DNA of 64,000 nt. Source: Calditrichia bacterium. GTDB taxonomy: Bacteria > Calditrichota > Calditrichia > JAJRVZ01. The DNA lies in contig CAWCNS010000008.1 of NCBI GenBank assembly GCA_963796965.1, positions 288,001-352,000 on the forward strand, given 5' to 3'. A program made the translations under genes and the position numbers. The first letter of the stretch is position 1, and the number at the start of each line of letters is the position of its first letter. Under the pieces are notes generated by a model. That model was not told the DNA's origin. It did no database searches and worked only from the letters and a program-made list of their open reading frames with translations. This document shows positions 1 through 11,003 of this stretch, one piece after another.

Positions 1-345
1 TTTCAACTGAAACACAAAAAGCTTTGTCCAGTCTATATTTCCAATACGCAAGACCTCTATTGAATATAAATTCTCCCCACCAATTTGAGATATCAATTGA
101 AACAGTGAAACAATTATAATTATAGGGTAAATCTTTAAAATGTTTTTAATGATGGGTATCACCGGGAGTCTGGAGCCCACTACCAGGGAACAAATAAGGA
201 CTGAAAGCACGATAATCTGGTATATATTTTTCGAAATTAGCATGACAGTAATAAATAAAATCATCAGAATTAACTTAACACGCGGATCTGTTTTGACGAT
301 TAGCTTGTCTTGATATTTCGAGATTGAAAGGATGAGATCAAACAT
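1..345 (-). CDS. ecfT: ECF transporter transmembrane component (EcfT/CbiQ family), runs off the window's left edge
   Basis: Not in the ORF track. Manual translation from ATG at 345 is open to base 1: MFDLILSISKYQDKLIVKTDPRVKLILMILFITVML... It has the DPRVKL N-terminal motif followed by hydrophobic helices. Confidence 0.65.
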   Translation of the reverse strand, partial: MFDLILSISKYQDKLIVKTDPRVKLILMILFITVMLISKNIYQIIVLSVLICSLVVGSRLPVIPIIKNILKIYPIIIIVSLFQLISQIGGENLYSIEVLRIGNIDWTKLFVFQLK

Positions 346-800
346 GGGGCGTGTTATCTTTTACAGAAAGGTAACACACTTTTTTTTGAAAATCAATCAA
401 ATTCAGAAGCATTTTCAGTCGTTCATTGCGTTCTTTGTATAGGTTTTATAAAATTATTAACACTGTAATACATGAGCTGACTTTTGTAATATGCTATATC
501 AATTCCGAGGGAATGAGTTGAGGGTAAAAGTGGTTCTAAAATAAAAACATGAGAATGACCAGGTGGTAGATCAAAAAAAAAATAGGTATACCTAAAATTA
601 CTATGCTTAATCAAAATAGTAAAAATAGAATTTTTATGGGAACCTAACACTATTAAGAGAGTAAAACTAGAGAAACTGCAAGTCCATATCAGATGATTTT
701 TGATATAATCGGCTAATTATTCTTATTTATTCGAAATTGTTCAAATTTTAAGCTTAAATTATAGATATAATATTTTTAAATTATTTCTTGTCAGGATAAT

Positions 801-1070
801 TTGAGTGAACAACAGACGATTCAATTCTTTTCGAAGAAACATTCCAATTATTTTATGAAAAAGATCAGTAGACAACAAGCGGAAGAGATCTTTCTGCATT
901 CGGAAGTGCTGCATACGCAGATAAAGCAAGATAAAAATGAACTTCGTGTTATTATGTCATTATCAACAAATCAATTATGTCACGTTACCTATAACTATAA
1001 AAGCAAAGAGAAATCGTATCATCTTGACCAGCATGGTAACATCAAATCGCCCTCCCCTTCTCTTCGATAA
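801..1070 (+). CDS. Small hypothetical protein
   Basis: 89-aa ORF with AGGA upstream of a TTG start; no recognisable motif. Confidence 0.45.
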   Translation: MSEQQTIQFFSKKHSNYFMKKISRQQAEEIFLHSEVLHTQIKQDKNELRVIMSLSTNQLCHVTYNYKSKEKSYHLDQHGNIKSPSPSLR

Positions 1071-1332
1071 AACAATTCATTATTCTATACATTGATTCAA
1101 CTGAACCTCCGTATGTTAAAGGCAGGTAATATCATCCCAAACGATCGGGATTTATAAAAATGAAATAGGAGTTTAAAATACGTATAAAATCATAACGGAT
1201 AACACTTATCCCGATCCCTATTTAAATATTTAAAATCTTAATTCTACATTCTAAATTCTTAATTGGAATCCTGTTTTGTATATTTTGTGGTATTTTTCCT
1301 ACAACCAGTAGACAAATAAACTGTGGGATAAA

Positions 1333-1367
1333 ACCGGATCTGAATTATCACAACTATCAGACCCGGT
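1333..1367 (-). terminator. Intrinsic terminator after the EEP gene, possibly bidirectional
   Basis: Minus strand reads ACCGGGTCTGA..TCAGATCCGGT followed by TTT, just downstream of the 1380 stop. Confidence 0.6.
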
Positions 1368-1379
1368 CTGTATTGTGGA

Positions 1380-2543
1380 CTATTTTGCGGCTAATTTTGG
1401 TGCGACAGGAAAGGTGATTTTTGTAACCACACCCCCATGGTCAGAAGGCCACAGACCAGATGAGGTCATGTCTCGTTTTTCATCTCCCAGGACAAAAGCC
1501 TCTCCAATGGTTGGATTATTGTCTGCCTTAATAAAATTATAATCAATTCTGATACTAAAACTCGGGGTCGAATTTGTAAGATTTGATTGATGGCCATAGG
1601 TATAACCGTTTCCATTATAGGTTAAAGGATTATCCAGCCAGGTATCAGTATATCCCTGTGAAACAACATATTGATAAGTTTCACCCTGGGTAGCGACAGA
1701 GTTGAAGTCTCCCGCAATAATTACCGGATCAGATTCATTCGAAAGATCGTCTAATAATTGCATGGCCTGGGCTTTTCGCAGAGAAACAATATTGGCCGCT
1801 TCAAGATGGGTGTTTGCAAACACAAAATCGGTTTCCCCAACTTTCACATCCACTTTAACATATCCACGCGGTATCACAATACCAAAATCCGCATCGACAA
1901 CAAGCATTGAATCGTATGTTACAGATTCAGGATTACTAAATTCTACATCATTACGTACCAAGATAATATCGTGATCAACCAATCGCACATCATCCAGCAT
2001 AGGTTCCCCCATATTATCAAAACCAACAAGCATGGGAAGTTCAACATCTGCATTTTGCACCCTTGCTGCAACTGTATATTCCAATCCGCGCGCTTCCAAT
2101 GCATCCATTAGAATATCTTGAAAATTGTAGAGAGGATCTGAGGCTTTAACAGGATTCCCCAACAGGAAATCACTCGGACTCTGCCTAAAAGTATTTGACA
2201 TCTCTTGTAAACCAACCACATGAGGCATGGTCTTTTCTATTTCCAAGGCAATGGCATTTGCCCGGTCCGGAAAATTTGTGGATTCCATTTGCTGAAATGC
2301 AACTTGAGCAAGCAAGGGAATCTGTGTAATATTTTCAGCCTCTAATACGATATCGACATCCATACCAACATAAACGTTCCGGGACATAACTTTCACTACT
2401 CCAGTCCCCTCATCATCTTTGAAGGCATTCAACTTTTCCTCTTCTTTGTTCGGGTCAAGATCTTCCGTAGGTTCGGAACTGCTTTTACATCCAATGCTGA
2501 AAGCTAGCGTCAAGGATAAAATCACATATAAAAGTATTTTCAT
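1380..2543 (-). CDS. Endonuclease/exonuclease/phosphatase (EEP) family lipoprotein
   Basis: Lipobox SIGC; motifs GLQE, NTHLE, AGDFNS, RIDY, PSDH. Confidence 0.85.
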   Translation of the reverse strand: MKILLYVILSLTLAFSIGCKSSSEPTEDLDPNKEEEKLNAFKDDEGTGVVKVMSRNVYVGMDVDIVLEAENITQIPLLAQVAFQQMESTNFPDRANAIALEIEKTMPHVVGLQEMSNTFRQSPSDFLLGNPVKASDPLYNFQDILMDALEARGLEYTVAARVQNADVELPMLVGFDNMGEPMLDDVRLVDHDIILVRNDVEFSNPESVTYDSMLVVDADFGIVIPRGYVKVDVKVGETDFVFANTHLEAANIVSLRKAQAMQLLDDLSNESDPVIIAGDFNSVATQGETYQYVVSQGYTDTWLDNPLTYNGNGYTYGHQSNLTNSTPSFSIRIDYNFIKADNNPTIGEAFVLGDEKRDMTSSGLWPSDHGGVVTKITFPVAPKLAAK

Positions 2544-2598
2544 TTTCTTCTCCTTTAGTAAACTTCAGGTTATGTCAAACAAATGGGGTTTTTTAAGA

Positions 2599-2686
2599 CT
2601 TCTTTAACGCTGAGAACACTGAGTTCCGCAGAGTAATTTCTAAAATTTAATAATTTTCTTTGCGCTCTCCACGAACTCTGCGTTAA
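2599..2686. repeat. Fold-back element with 9-nt periodic arms (AACGCAGAG type)
   Basis: TTAACGCTGAGAACACTGAGTTCCGCAGAG ... CTTTGCGCTCTCCACGAACTCTGCGTTAA. Its reverse complement matches the element at 61684-61807. Confidence 0.8.
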
Positions 2687-2804
2687 TAAAATATTTAACA
2701 TACACCTACAAACAGATTTCAAATTTTACTACTTTTGAGACTAGGTAAACTCCTACCAACGAAACACATCTTATATATTATTCCTTATACCGAATTTACA
2801 TCTT

Positions 2805-3774
2805 TTACCAGGGCATTTCACGTTTTGTAAACTTTCTTCCTTTTTCTGCAGCATCCTGGCGACTTCCAGCCCCAATTTTGACGCCCCAATCCAACTTTTC
2901 AATAACATTTTCCGGAATGACATTGTCCAAAAAGGCCAGGCCATTTTTTTTACAAAGATCAAGGACAATTTGTCCTGCGGCATTAACCTCTTCCGGAACG
3001 GGAGGATCAGCCCGTCCTTCCAAATATCCATAAGAAAATCCCATATCCCGCGGACCATGTTCTGCGAAAGCCAACCCGGGAATGGCGGTTGTTTCTGCTG
3101 CATTACCTAAAGCGATTTGATCCTCAATTTTAATTCCCAACATGAGCTCACCATTTGGGTTTAATGGCCAGACATCGGCTTTTTTGAGATATTCGTCCTC
3201 TTCCACACCCCAAATTGAAGCGGCAAATTTATGGCTGCCCCAGCCTCGTAATCCCTCGCCCAATATATCAATCTCCTGTTTATGGATAGGGTATCGGGCA
3301 TTTTGAACAAATCGTTTTACAGCCTCAGGATCCCTGGCTCTTACCAAATGAACACCATGGACTCCCTGAGATATAACTTGTTGGATCATCCATGATCCGC
3401 CTTTGAATGTTATCTCATCAATCCCCAATACCGGAACTATGGCAATTACCGTGGGTGTACGATGGCCGCTTGGTGTCGGTCCACCATCAACTAAACCTTG
3501 CATAAAATCGTGCAATAAAGTTATATCGTAGGGTTTATGTTCCATATTATAAACAATATAATCAGCCCAGGTCTTGGCCATTTTTACTCCCTCTTCATAT
3601 CCACCATATCCAGATTTATAATAAATAGGCTGACCAGATTCGAGCAATTCAATACATTTATTAACACGTTTCGGTGTCCAGGTTTTATCCTGAGACTTCT
3701 GATGTATTTAGAAACAACAAAAGAACGACTGTGATACTGAGTATTTTAAAATCTTTTCTTCTCAACCAATCCAT
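2805..3774 (-). CDS. HpcH/HpaI aldolase-citrate lyase family protein with probable signal peptide (one frameshift near 3695)
   Basis: Motifs MEH, KIED and EHGPRDM. GGAGG precedes ATG at 3774 (MDWLRRKDFKILSITVVLLLF). Removing one base at AGACT 3693-3697 joins it to QDKTWTPKRVNKCIELLESGQP. Confidence 0.75.
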
Positions 3775-3862
3775 TAAATCCTCCCCGTATAAATATATAT
3801 TTTATAAACAACCAATACCTGAATATTGAAAATGAGTTATCAAGTCCTTGTTAACTATAAAT

Positions 3863-3888
3863 GTAGCGACGCGATTAATTGCGCCATT
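3863..3888. repeat. Degenerate GTAG-type REP palindrome
   Basis: GTAGCGACGCGATTAATTGCGCC has a GTAG head and a GCGATTAATTGC palindromic core. Confidence 0.4.
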
Positions 3889-3968
3889 ATATTTACATGA
3901 TATGAATAAGAGAGTCTGTATATCTATTTTTGAGCCAAACATTTATGACAATTTAAAATACTAAAAAA

Positions 3969-5593
3969 TTACCACAGCGTATAAGTGGGAAGCACATAAA
4001 ATACCATTTCGCCTGCAAAATCTCCCCAGATGGTAAGGGTATCGATGTCATTTTTTTGGACAACACCCCAGGTTTTACCAGCACGAACCACCCGGTTAGC
4101 CAGCTCATTGTGCTTCAACTTTTCCCCCACCAGGACCACCTTTGTTACAAATTGTTTTCGTTGGTATATGACAGATCCGGCAATAAGTTCCCGGTCATCT
4201 TTTATAAAATCGGGAGAGTAGTCCCCGCTATCGGGTTCACCCTTAATATGGTTATTATGCACATCCGCATCAATCTTTAAGTCATATCTTCGCCCAAATC
4301 AGATTATTACTTATTTCACCTTTTTTCAACCCTTTTTTTGTTTCTACAAACAGAAAATCATCAAGGATAATATTTTCCGATACTTTTACCTCACTCCTCT
4401 GAAAATATATGCCATTATTAAAAGCGGTTATATTCCGTTGAAAGATTCCCCGGCTTTCCATTGTAAATCGCATGGCACCTGAATTCATTGAACTGTTTTT
4501 ATTACCCAGGAAGATATTTTCTTTAACATCCACAAAGAATTTGTCTTTGGGTGGAAGGGGATCGAGAGGGCTATCATAGCGATGTTCCTGGCCACCTACA
4601 AATAATCCACCCGCATCATCACCTGCATCATTATCGATAAATAAATTTCCTTTAACGACAGCGGAACTCCAAAGTGCAATAAATATTCCACCCGCATCAT
4701 TCGATGCCAGGGCTTTATTGCTTAAAACAATGTTATTTTCTATGCGAGCATCACACCAATCGAAAATTGAAATTGCCCCCCCATCACTACTGCGCATGGG
4801 ATCATCCAGGCCGGCTCACATTATTTAAGAAGACGTTTTCTGCTATAAGTGGATTACATCTTCGTGTGGGCGGCAATTCCCGGGCCACGGCCATTCTCCG
4901 TGCTATTTTCTACAAAAAGATTGTTGGTTATTTCTGCGGAGGATTCGTTTAACAGGTAAACCGCAGCCCCATCATTAGTATTTCATGCAAAAACTTGGGA
5001 TTCCAGGGTATTGGTTTTAGGGTTTTGTTCCGCCAAAAAATATTATTACTTAGAACCGGTGAGGTATCCCTCACAATATACCCCAGCACCTTTACCTCTT
5101 ATCTGTCCCTGATAAATGACAAAACCATCAACTTTGGCATTATTGGCTCCGATCAGAACACGTCTCCTGCCCTCTCCTGAGAGATAACTGGGAAATTTGT
5201 GAATATCCCGTTTCCAATTCTCCTCACTAAAACCACCGATAGAAGTCCACATATTCTCTCAACAGTATGGTGTTATTTGAATATTCACCAGCAGATACCA
5301 GGACAGCATATCGATTAGTCCTTGTGTGGCATCATTAATTTGGGAGAGGGCAAAATCCGGAGACCGCCAGGGTTTATCAACTGTGCCAAGCCCCTTATCA
5401 TCTGAACCCTTTTCCGATGAAACATAGAATATTTTAGAATACATCATCTCAATTAACATGCAACGGTCTTTGGACCAGTAATATTTTTGGGTTTTTCTGC
5501 ATTTCTATTTTCAGAGATCCTCTCACTATTACATGAGATAAAGACCGATGCCCCAAGAACAAGCACTGAAAGGATAGTTATAATCTTACTCAC
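3969..5593 (-). CDS. Right-handed parallel beta-helix lipoprotein, broken by several frameshifts
   Basis: Collinear fragments: FYVSSEKGSDDKGLGTVDKPW, GGFSEENWKRD, NxAxxDAGG repeats. GTG at 5593 follows AGGAG and has lipobox FISC. The C-terminus resembles that of 63346-64000. Confidence 0.7.
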
Positions 5594-5611
5594 AAGCGAC
5601 TCCTATATTTA

Positions 5612-8107
5612 TCAGTTATGATCAACAAACTGCATCGCATATAATTTGCACCCCCTTAATCGAAAAACAATTTTCACCTCTTTTCCTTCCAGGGCTGACA
5701 GGTCTTTTGAAAATTTCAGTTCCTTTTTAACCTTGGAAATATCATCAATCTTTTTGCCTTCATACTCTCTAAAATCGCGCCAGTTTGGAAACCATTCAAC
5801 CTCGGTTTCAACAAAATCTCCATTAATATAGATACAATCATCTACCGAATATCCTTTGATCGGATTTCCCTCTTTATCGACAAAACCAACCTGGGCATAA
5901 CCTGTTGCATCTGTATCTATATTTAGTACAAGACGATTTCCTTTAAAAACAATAGGTTTGGTTATCATGGTTGCTTCTTTGTCGTATGGCGCATCAACCG
6001 AAACAAAGCCATCCAACCTCTGCACCAATCGATATACGGCATTCCCGGATTTATTTCTCTTCCAGGCAGAATGGTATTGATTTTCTCCGAAATAATATTG
6101 CCAAATCTCATCTCCCCGGCGAACCATACCATGAGCAATATAGGCCGTATAAACATCCCTGTCTGCATGGATTCCAATGCCCACATAGGTTGGTTTAGGC
6201 AATCGGTTCCAGTCAACCCCGTTGCGACTTACCTCGATCTGTGTTTCAACCGGACCTGAACCCCGTCCTCGCTCCGGATCCATTAATATCTGTCGTGTGG
6301 GTGGTCCGTCCAGTTCATAATGGAAATAGACAATTGGGAATGCCAGATAGGTATCAGGCGCCCAGGGATATTTTTGAGCCTTTGTAACATAGATATCTGT
6401 ACCAACCGGATCTTCCGGAATTGGATCAAACCTATGTGGAAATTCCAGGCCGAATCCGCCCGGCGTCAAAGGTCCATTATCCAGGTACCATGGTAGAGGA
6501 TCTCTGAGAGGCAAAGTTTTTGCTCTTTCCTGGTAATCTTTCTGGGTTAATGGCTTATAGGGAATGGGTTGATAGAGGTTTTTTGTCTCAGCCAGAACTG
6601 ATCCTCTCTGCGTCGCACCAGCCGGCGTTTTAAATATCCCGGTACGATGATAACTTACATATAATTGTCTCTGATCATCATAAAATGTACAGGATTGTGT
6701 CCCCGATCTAAAGGGGAGTAAGGCTGTTTTGTGGCGGATCCATTGATAGCCGTCGGGAGAGGTGTAGACATAGATTCCCCGGCGATGATATCCGCTGATA
6801 TATTTCCATTTTCTCTCAGGAGGTCCATTTACATCGATAAAGGGATTCCCGAGACCACCGACCATCTCGTGGATCACAATATTTTTTTGACCGCGGTATT
6901 CCTTACCCATATCCGGTCGCTTAAAATTAACACCATCTTTTGAGATCCTAACGGCTAAATAATCATCATGTATTGAATTATAGATCCGGATTACCCCATC
7001 CTCGTCTTCAACAACCGTCAAATGTTTTCTGAAAGGACCCTCAATATTTTCGATAACACGTTCCGCTTTCCGGGGCGGATTGACAACAAATGATACATCT
7101 TTTTTGCTTTCAATAAGGGCATCATCGATAAAAAGATGTTTGCGATCCATGAGCAGATAGGTTTCATTTTTTTTACCTTTTTCAGAGAAGAGTAGAGGTA
7201 AACCTTTCTTTAAGTCAACCCGGTTTTCACTGGAGACAAAACTTGAGGGTGGATTAAAATCTTTTTCATATAAAGTTTCAGATGATATACGTAACTCGTC
7301 AAGACTTCCCTGTAAGGGTTGATTCCATGAGCCATCCCTCCCTAAACTAAAATAGGATTCTTCTCCTTCTTCGAGGGATTTGAACTTTAGATTTGGTTTG
7401 GTGTCCTGTAATTTACCATCAATAAAGTGTTTTAGTACTTTTTTATCAGACGAATAGGAGAAAGCGAGGTGATGCCATTCTTTACCATCCGCTTTTAAGG
7501 CCTCACCATCGGAGGAAATGCTAACGGATGTTCCAGACGGTTCATTCTCAATAATGAAACCTGCCATGCTTTTTTTAAATAAGAGTCTTGTAATTTTATC
7601 GTTTTCACCTCGCGGACCTTGACCGATTTCAAAAACACACCCATTTTCATTGCTTGAATTATCAGATTTAAACCAAAACTCCACTGTCCAGTCAAAATCA
7701 CCAAGATTTAACTTTGATTTTGAAGCATTGGCAAATCCAACTTCTTTTCTAAGGTGATTTTGCCCATTTGTCATGATAGCACAAAAATTGGTATTCATCC
7801 AATTCATCGGCTCCATGGTTCTGCCATCCGGAATGGGTAGGGAACTCAATCCAAATCTTGCCTCTCCAGGAGGTAGTTTCACCGACGGTTGTTCTTGTGT
7901 TGATAGGGCATTACCAAATTTCCCAGGTATAATTGTTCCGCCAGAACCGATAACCAGGACATGATCACTATCTGAAGCATCATCAATAGCATGGCTTGGA
8001 TATAGCCCGAGCGGTTCATCAAACAACCATAATGCCACCGTTTGAGAATTTGCTGATATGTCAAATAAAGTGATTATAAAGATTATGAATACTAATACTT
8101 TATTCAT
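5612..8107 (-). CDS. Secreted LamG/ConA-like domain plus GH32-like beta-propeller protein
   Basis: Signal peptide; LamG motifs DWTVEFWF, WHHLAF, GSLDELRIS; then HLFIDD, SxDG repeats, RLDGFVS and LNIDT. Confidence 0.75.
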   Translation of the reverse strand: MNKVLVFIIFIITLFDISANSQTVALWLFDEPLGLYPSHAIDDASDSDHVLVIGSGGTIIPGKFGNALSTQEQPSVKLPPGEARFGLSSLPIPDGRTMEPMNWMNTNFCAIMTNGQNHLRKEVGFANASKSKLNLGDFDWTVEFWFKSDNSSNENGCVFEIGQGPRGENDKITRLLFKKSMAGFIIENEPSGTSVSISSDGEALKADGKEWHHLAFSYSSDKKVLKHFIDGKLQDTKPNLKFKSLEEGEESYFSLGRDGSWNQPLQGSLDELRISSETLYEKDFNPPSSFVSSENRVDLKKGLPLLFSEKGKKNETYLLMDRKHLFIDDALIESKKDVSFVVNPPRKAERVIENIEGPFRKHLTVVEDEDGVIRIYNSIHDDYLAVRISKDGVNFKRPDMGKEYRGQKNIVIHEMVGGLGNPFIDVNGPPERKWKYISGYHRRGIYVYTSPDGYQWIRHKTALLPFRSGTQSCTFYDDQRQLYVSYHRTGIFKTPAGATQRGSVLAETKNLYQPIPYKPLTQKDYQERAKTLPLRDPLPWYLDNGPLTPGGFGLEFPHRFDPIPEDPVGTDIYVTKAQKYPWAPDTYLAFPIVYFHYELDGPPTRQILMDPERGRGSGPVETQIEVSRNGVDWNRLPKPTYVGIGIHADRDVYTAYIAHGMVRRGDEIWQYYFGENQYHSAWKRNKSGNAVYRLVQRLDGFVSVDAPYDKEATMITKPIVFKGNRLVLNIDTDATGYAQVGFVDKEGNPIKGYSVDDCIYINGDFVETEVEWFPNWRDFREYEGKKIDDISKVKKELKFSKDLSALEGKEVKIVFRLRGCKLYAMQFVDHN

Positions 8108-8165
8108 ATTTCCATCTCCTGATAAAAAATATCACATCTATCAATTAAATAATTCTAATGTTGTA

Positions 8166-8412
8166 TTTAACCTAATCAGTTCTCTAATATCTCTCGCAGA
8201 GAGGCGGAATTTTTATTTGATTCATTGTCATTCTGAAAGAATCTTCCTTGGAGAATAACATTAATCTACATGCTGAAAGATCCCTATCCCAAAACACGAT
8301 CCCGTTCCGGGACGGGATGATATGAGGATGAGATATCTTTCATCTATTATCCTTCCATAACTTTTTCTTTGCGTCTCTGCGTCTTTGCGAGAAATGATTT
8401 ATCAAGGTTAAA
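8166..8412. repeat. Nested fold-back element
   Basis: Outer TTTAACCT/AGGTTAAA, then TCTCGCAGAGAGGCG/GCGTCTCTGCGTCTTTGCGAGA, with inner GTCATTCTGA..ATCCCGTTCCGGGACGGGATGA. Confidence 0.7.
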
Positions 8413-8435
8413 TTTAATGAGTTAATTTTTAATCA

Positions 8436-10955
8436 TCATTTTACAAATTGCATGGAGTATAATTTACAACCCCTCAATCGAAAAACAATTTGAACTTCTT
8501 TTCCTTCGAGAGAGGCAAGATCTTTTGTAAAGTGGAATTTGCCATCAATATTTCCCACATCTTCAATTCGTTTTCCATCATTGGCGGTGAATTCTTTCCA
8601 ATTTGGAAACCATTCAACCTCGGTTTCTATAAAATCACCATTTATATAGATGCAATCATCAACAGAAAAGTCTTTAATTTCATTTCCATTTTTATCTAAA
8701 AAACCAATCTGAGCATAGCCTGTAGCGTCTGTATCGATATTGAGCACTAGCCGATTGCCTTTAAAAGTCAGCGGCTTAGAAATCATTACCGCCTCTTTCT
8801 CATAGGGTCCATCGGCAGAAACGAATCCATCGAAGCGTTGTACCACACGGTAGACAGCGTTCTTGGATTTATCTTTATTCCAGGTGGAATGATAAATCTC
8901 CGTTCCAAAATAGTATTGCCATATCTCATTACCCCGTCTAATCAAACCGTGGGCCATATAGGCCTGATTTACCGGCCATCCCTGGTGCTTTCCATTGCCT
9001 ACATAGGCCGGACGGGGGTAGCGCTGCCAGTCAACACCATTTCGGCTGACAGAGAGCTGGGTTTCGATCGGTCCAGAGCCACGCTTCCGATCAGGATCCA
9101 TTAGAATCATTCTGGTGAGAGGAAAGGTTTCTTCATAATGAAAGTACATTACTGGAAAAGCGAAATAAGTATCGGGTGCCCAGGGATATTTGATCGCCTT
9201 GGGGACATAAACATCAGTTTCACGAGGATCCAGATTATCGTCCGGCGTAAATACCCAGGGATATTCAAAGGCAAAGCCACCAGGGGTTAAAGGGCCATTA
9301 TCCAGATACCATGGAATTAGGTCATGAACTCTTCTTCTCTTTGCCAGTGCAATTGATTTCTCCTGGCTTACCGGATAAAAGGGCCAGGGTTTGAGAATAT
9401 CTGTTGTTTCAGTCATCACGAAATCCCTCTCCGTGTCTCCGCTTAATGTTCTACCAAAATCTGAACGGTGATATGAGGCATAAATTTGGCGTTGTTCGTC
9501 ATAAAACAAAGTAGACTGAGAGCCTGAGCGAAAAGGCAAAACAGCAATTCTTTTTCTTTTAAAGGACCAACCATCCGGAGAGGTGAAAATGAATATGCCC
9601 CGGCGGTGGTAATCACTGATATATTTCCATCTTTCATCCACAGGTGCATTTAGATCTACAAACACGATACCCATCCCTGTAGATTCGTGCAACACAATAT
9701 TTGTACGATCCCGGAATTTCCCATTAGGCAGATCTGGTATTTCCCAGTTAATTCCATCTTTAGACGTTCTTACAGCCAGATAATCCTCATCAACTGCATT
9801 ATAGAGGCGTAATAAACCATCTTCATCCTCCACAATGTTTAAATGCTTGCGAAATGGACCATCAATATTATCTATAACCCGTTCAGCTGAAACGCGGTGG
9901 ATTAACAACAAATTTTATCTCACCTTTATCAGCGATTAAAGCATCATCTATAAACAGGTGTTTTCTATCTCCCAAATCTAACACCGTTGCGTCATTATCA
10001 AAAAGTAAAGATCTGCCGGTTTTTAAATGCGTCCGAACTTTTTCTGGTTGATTGAGATATGAGAAACTTGTGGGGAGACTAAAATCCTTAGTATAAACCA
10101 ATCCGGCAGAAAAACGCAATTCATCAATAGCTCCGGGTAGAGGCCTTTCCCACTGACCATCCCGCCCAATACTCATATAATCCTCTTCTCCTTCATCAAG
10201 AGATTTAAAGGAACATTTTTGAGGACGGATCTGCAGTTTGCCATTCACATAATGGGAAAGTTGTCGATTATTATGATCATAAACGAAGGCCAGATGACTC
10301 CATTTACCTGACGAGGGACTTAAGTCATAAGCACTGGATGATATCTCCAGACGTACATCTGTTCTGGCATTATTTAAGATAAAGCCAGATTGATCTTCGT
10401 TTAGTATCAACTGTGTGACATCATCATTCTCTCCCCTTGGTCCCGTTCCAATTTCAAAAACAACGCCTTCATTATCTGTTTTTCGTATCGGCAAATACCA
10501 AAATTCGATCGTCCAGTCAAAATTACCGATATTCAATTTTGTTTTTGTGGGCTGACAGAAGCCCACTTCCTTACGCAAATGATTTTCGCCACTGGTCATC
10601 AGGGCAGAGAAATTTGTATTTAACCATGACATGGGTGTTATGGTTCTCCCGGCAGGAACTGGTGCATTTTTAATCCAAACCGGATATTATCTTCTTCAGG
10701 AAGAATCAATCAGCTGGTTGACTCGATTGGATCAAGTGCATTGCCAAATTTCCCTTCGACGATTTGTCCTCCTGGTCCGAGAACGAGCGGATAATCATTA
10801 TCTGATACATCACTCATGACACAGCTGGGATAAATACCGATTTGCTCATCAAAAGGCCACAACGCAATCGTCTGGGCCAACGAGAAATCCAATAAAAAGA
10901 TAAATAGGCCTAATAATATATAAATTATTATTCCTCTACTTGCTTTATTTTGCAT
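8436..10955 (-). CDS. Tandem paralog of the LamG plus beta-propeller protein (frameshifted into three ORFs)
   Basis: ORFs 10710-10955, 9883-10632 and 8436-9911 align collinearly with 5612-8107, e.g. PWYLDNGPLTPGGF, KYPWAPDTY, FRLRGCKLY. Confidence 0.8.
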
Positions 10956-11003
10956 AAAATGTTCACCTTCTTCTAGTATTTACACCATCAAATTAGGTTG
11001 ACA

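Noticed and set aside
423..650. 75-aa ORF here and the many short antisense or overlapping ORFs in the track
   Set aside because: They show no motifs. Most are shadows of longer well-supported genes or lie in AT-rich promoter DNA.
346..800. Cobalamin or other riboswitch upstream of the ecfT-like gene
   Set aside because: No B12-box or other recognisable aptamer core was seen by eye; an Rfam scan would be needed.
10710..10712. In-frame TGA as selenocysteine or alternative-code readthrough
   Set aside because: Removing three single bases gives EQPAIDLP, matching the paralog's EQPSVKLP. TGA is a normal stop elsewhere in the window.
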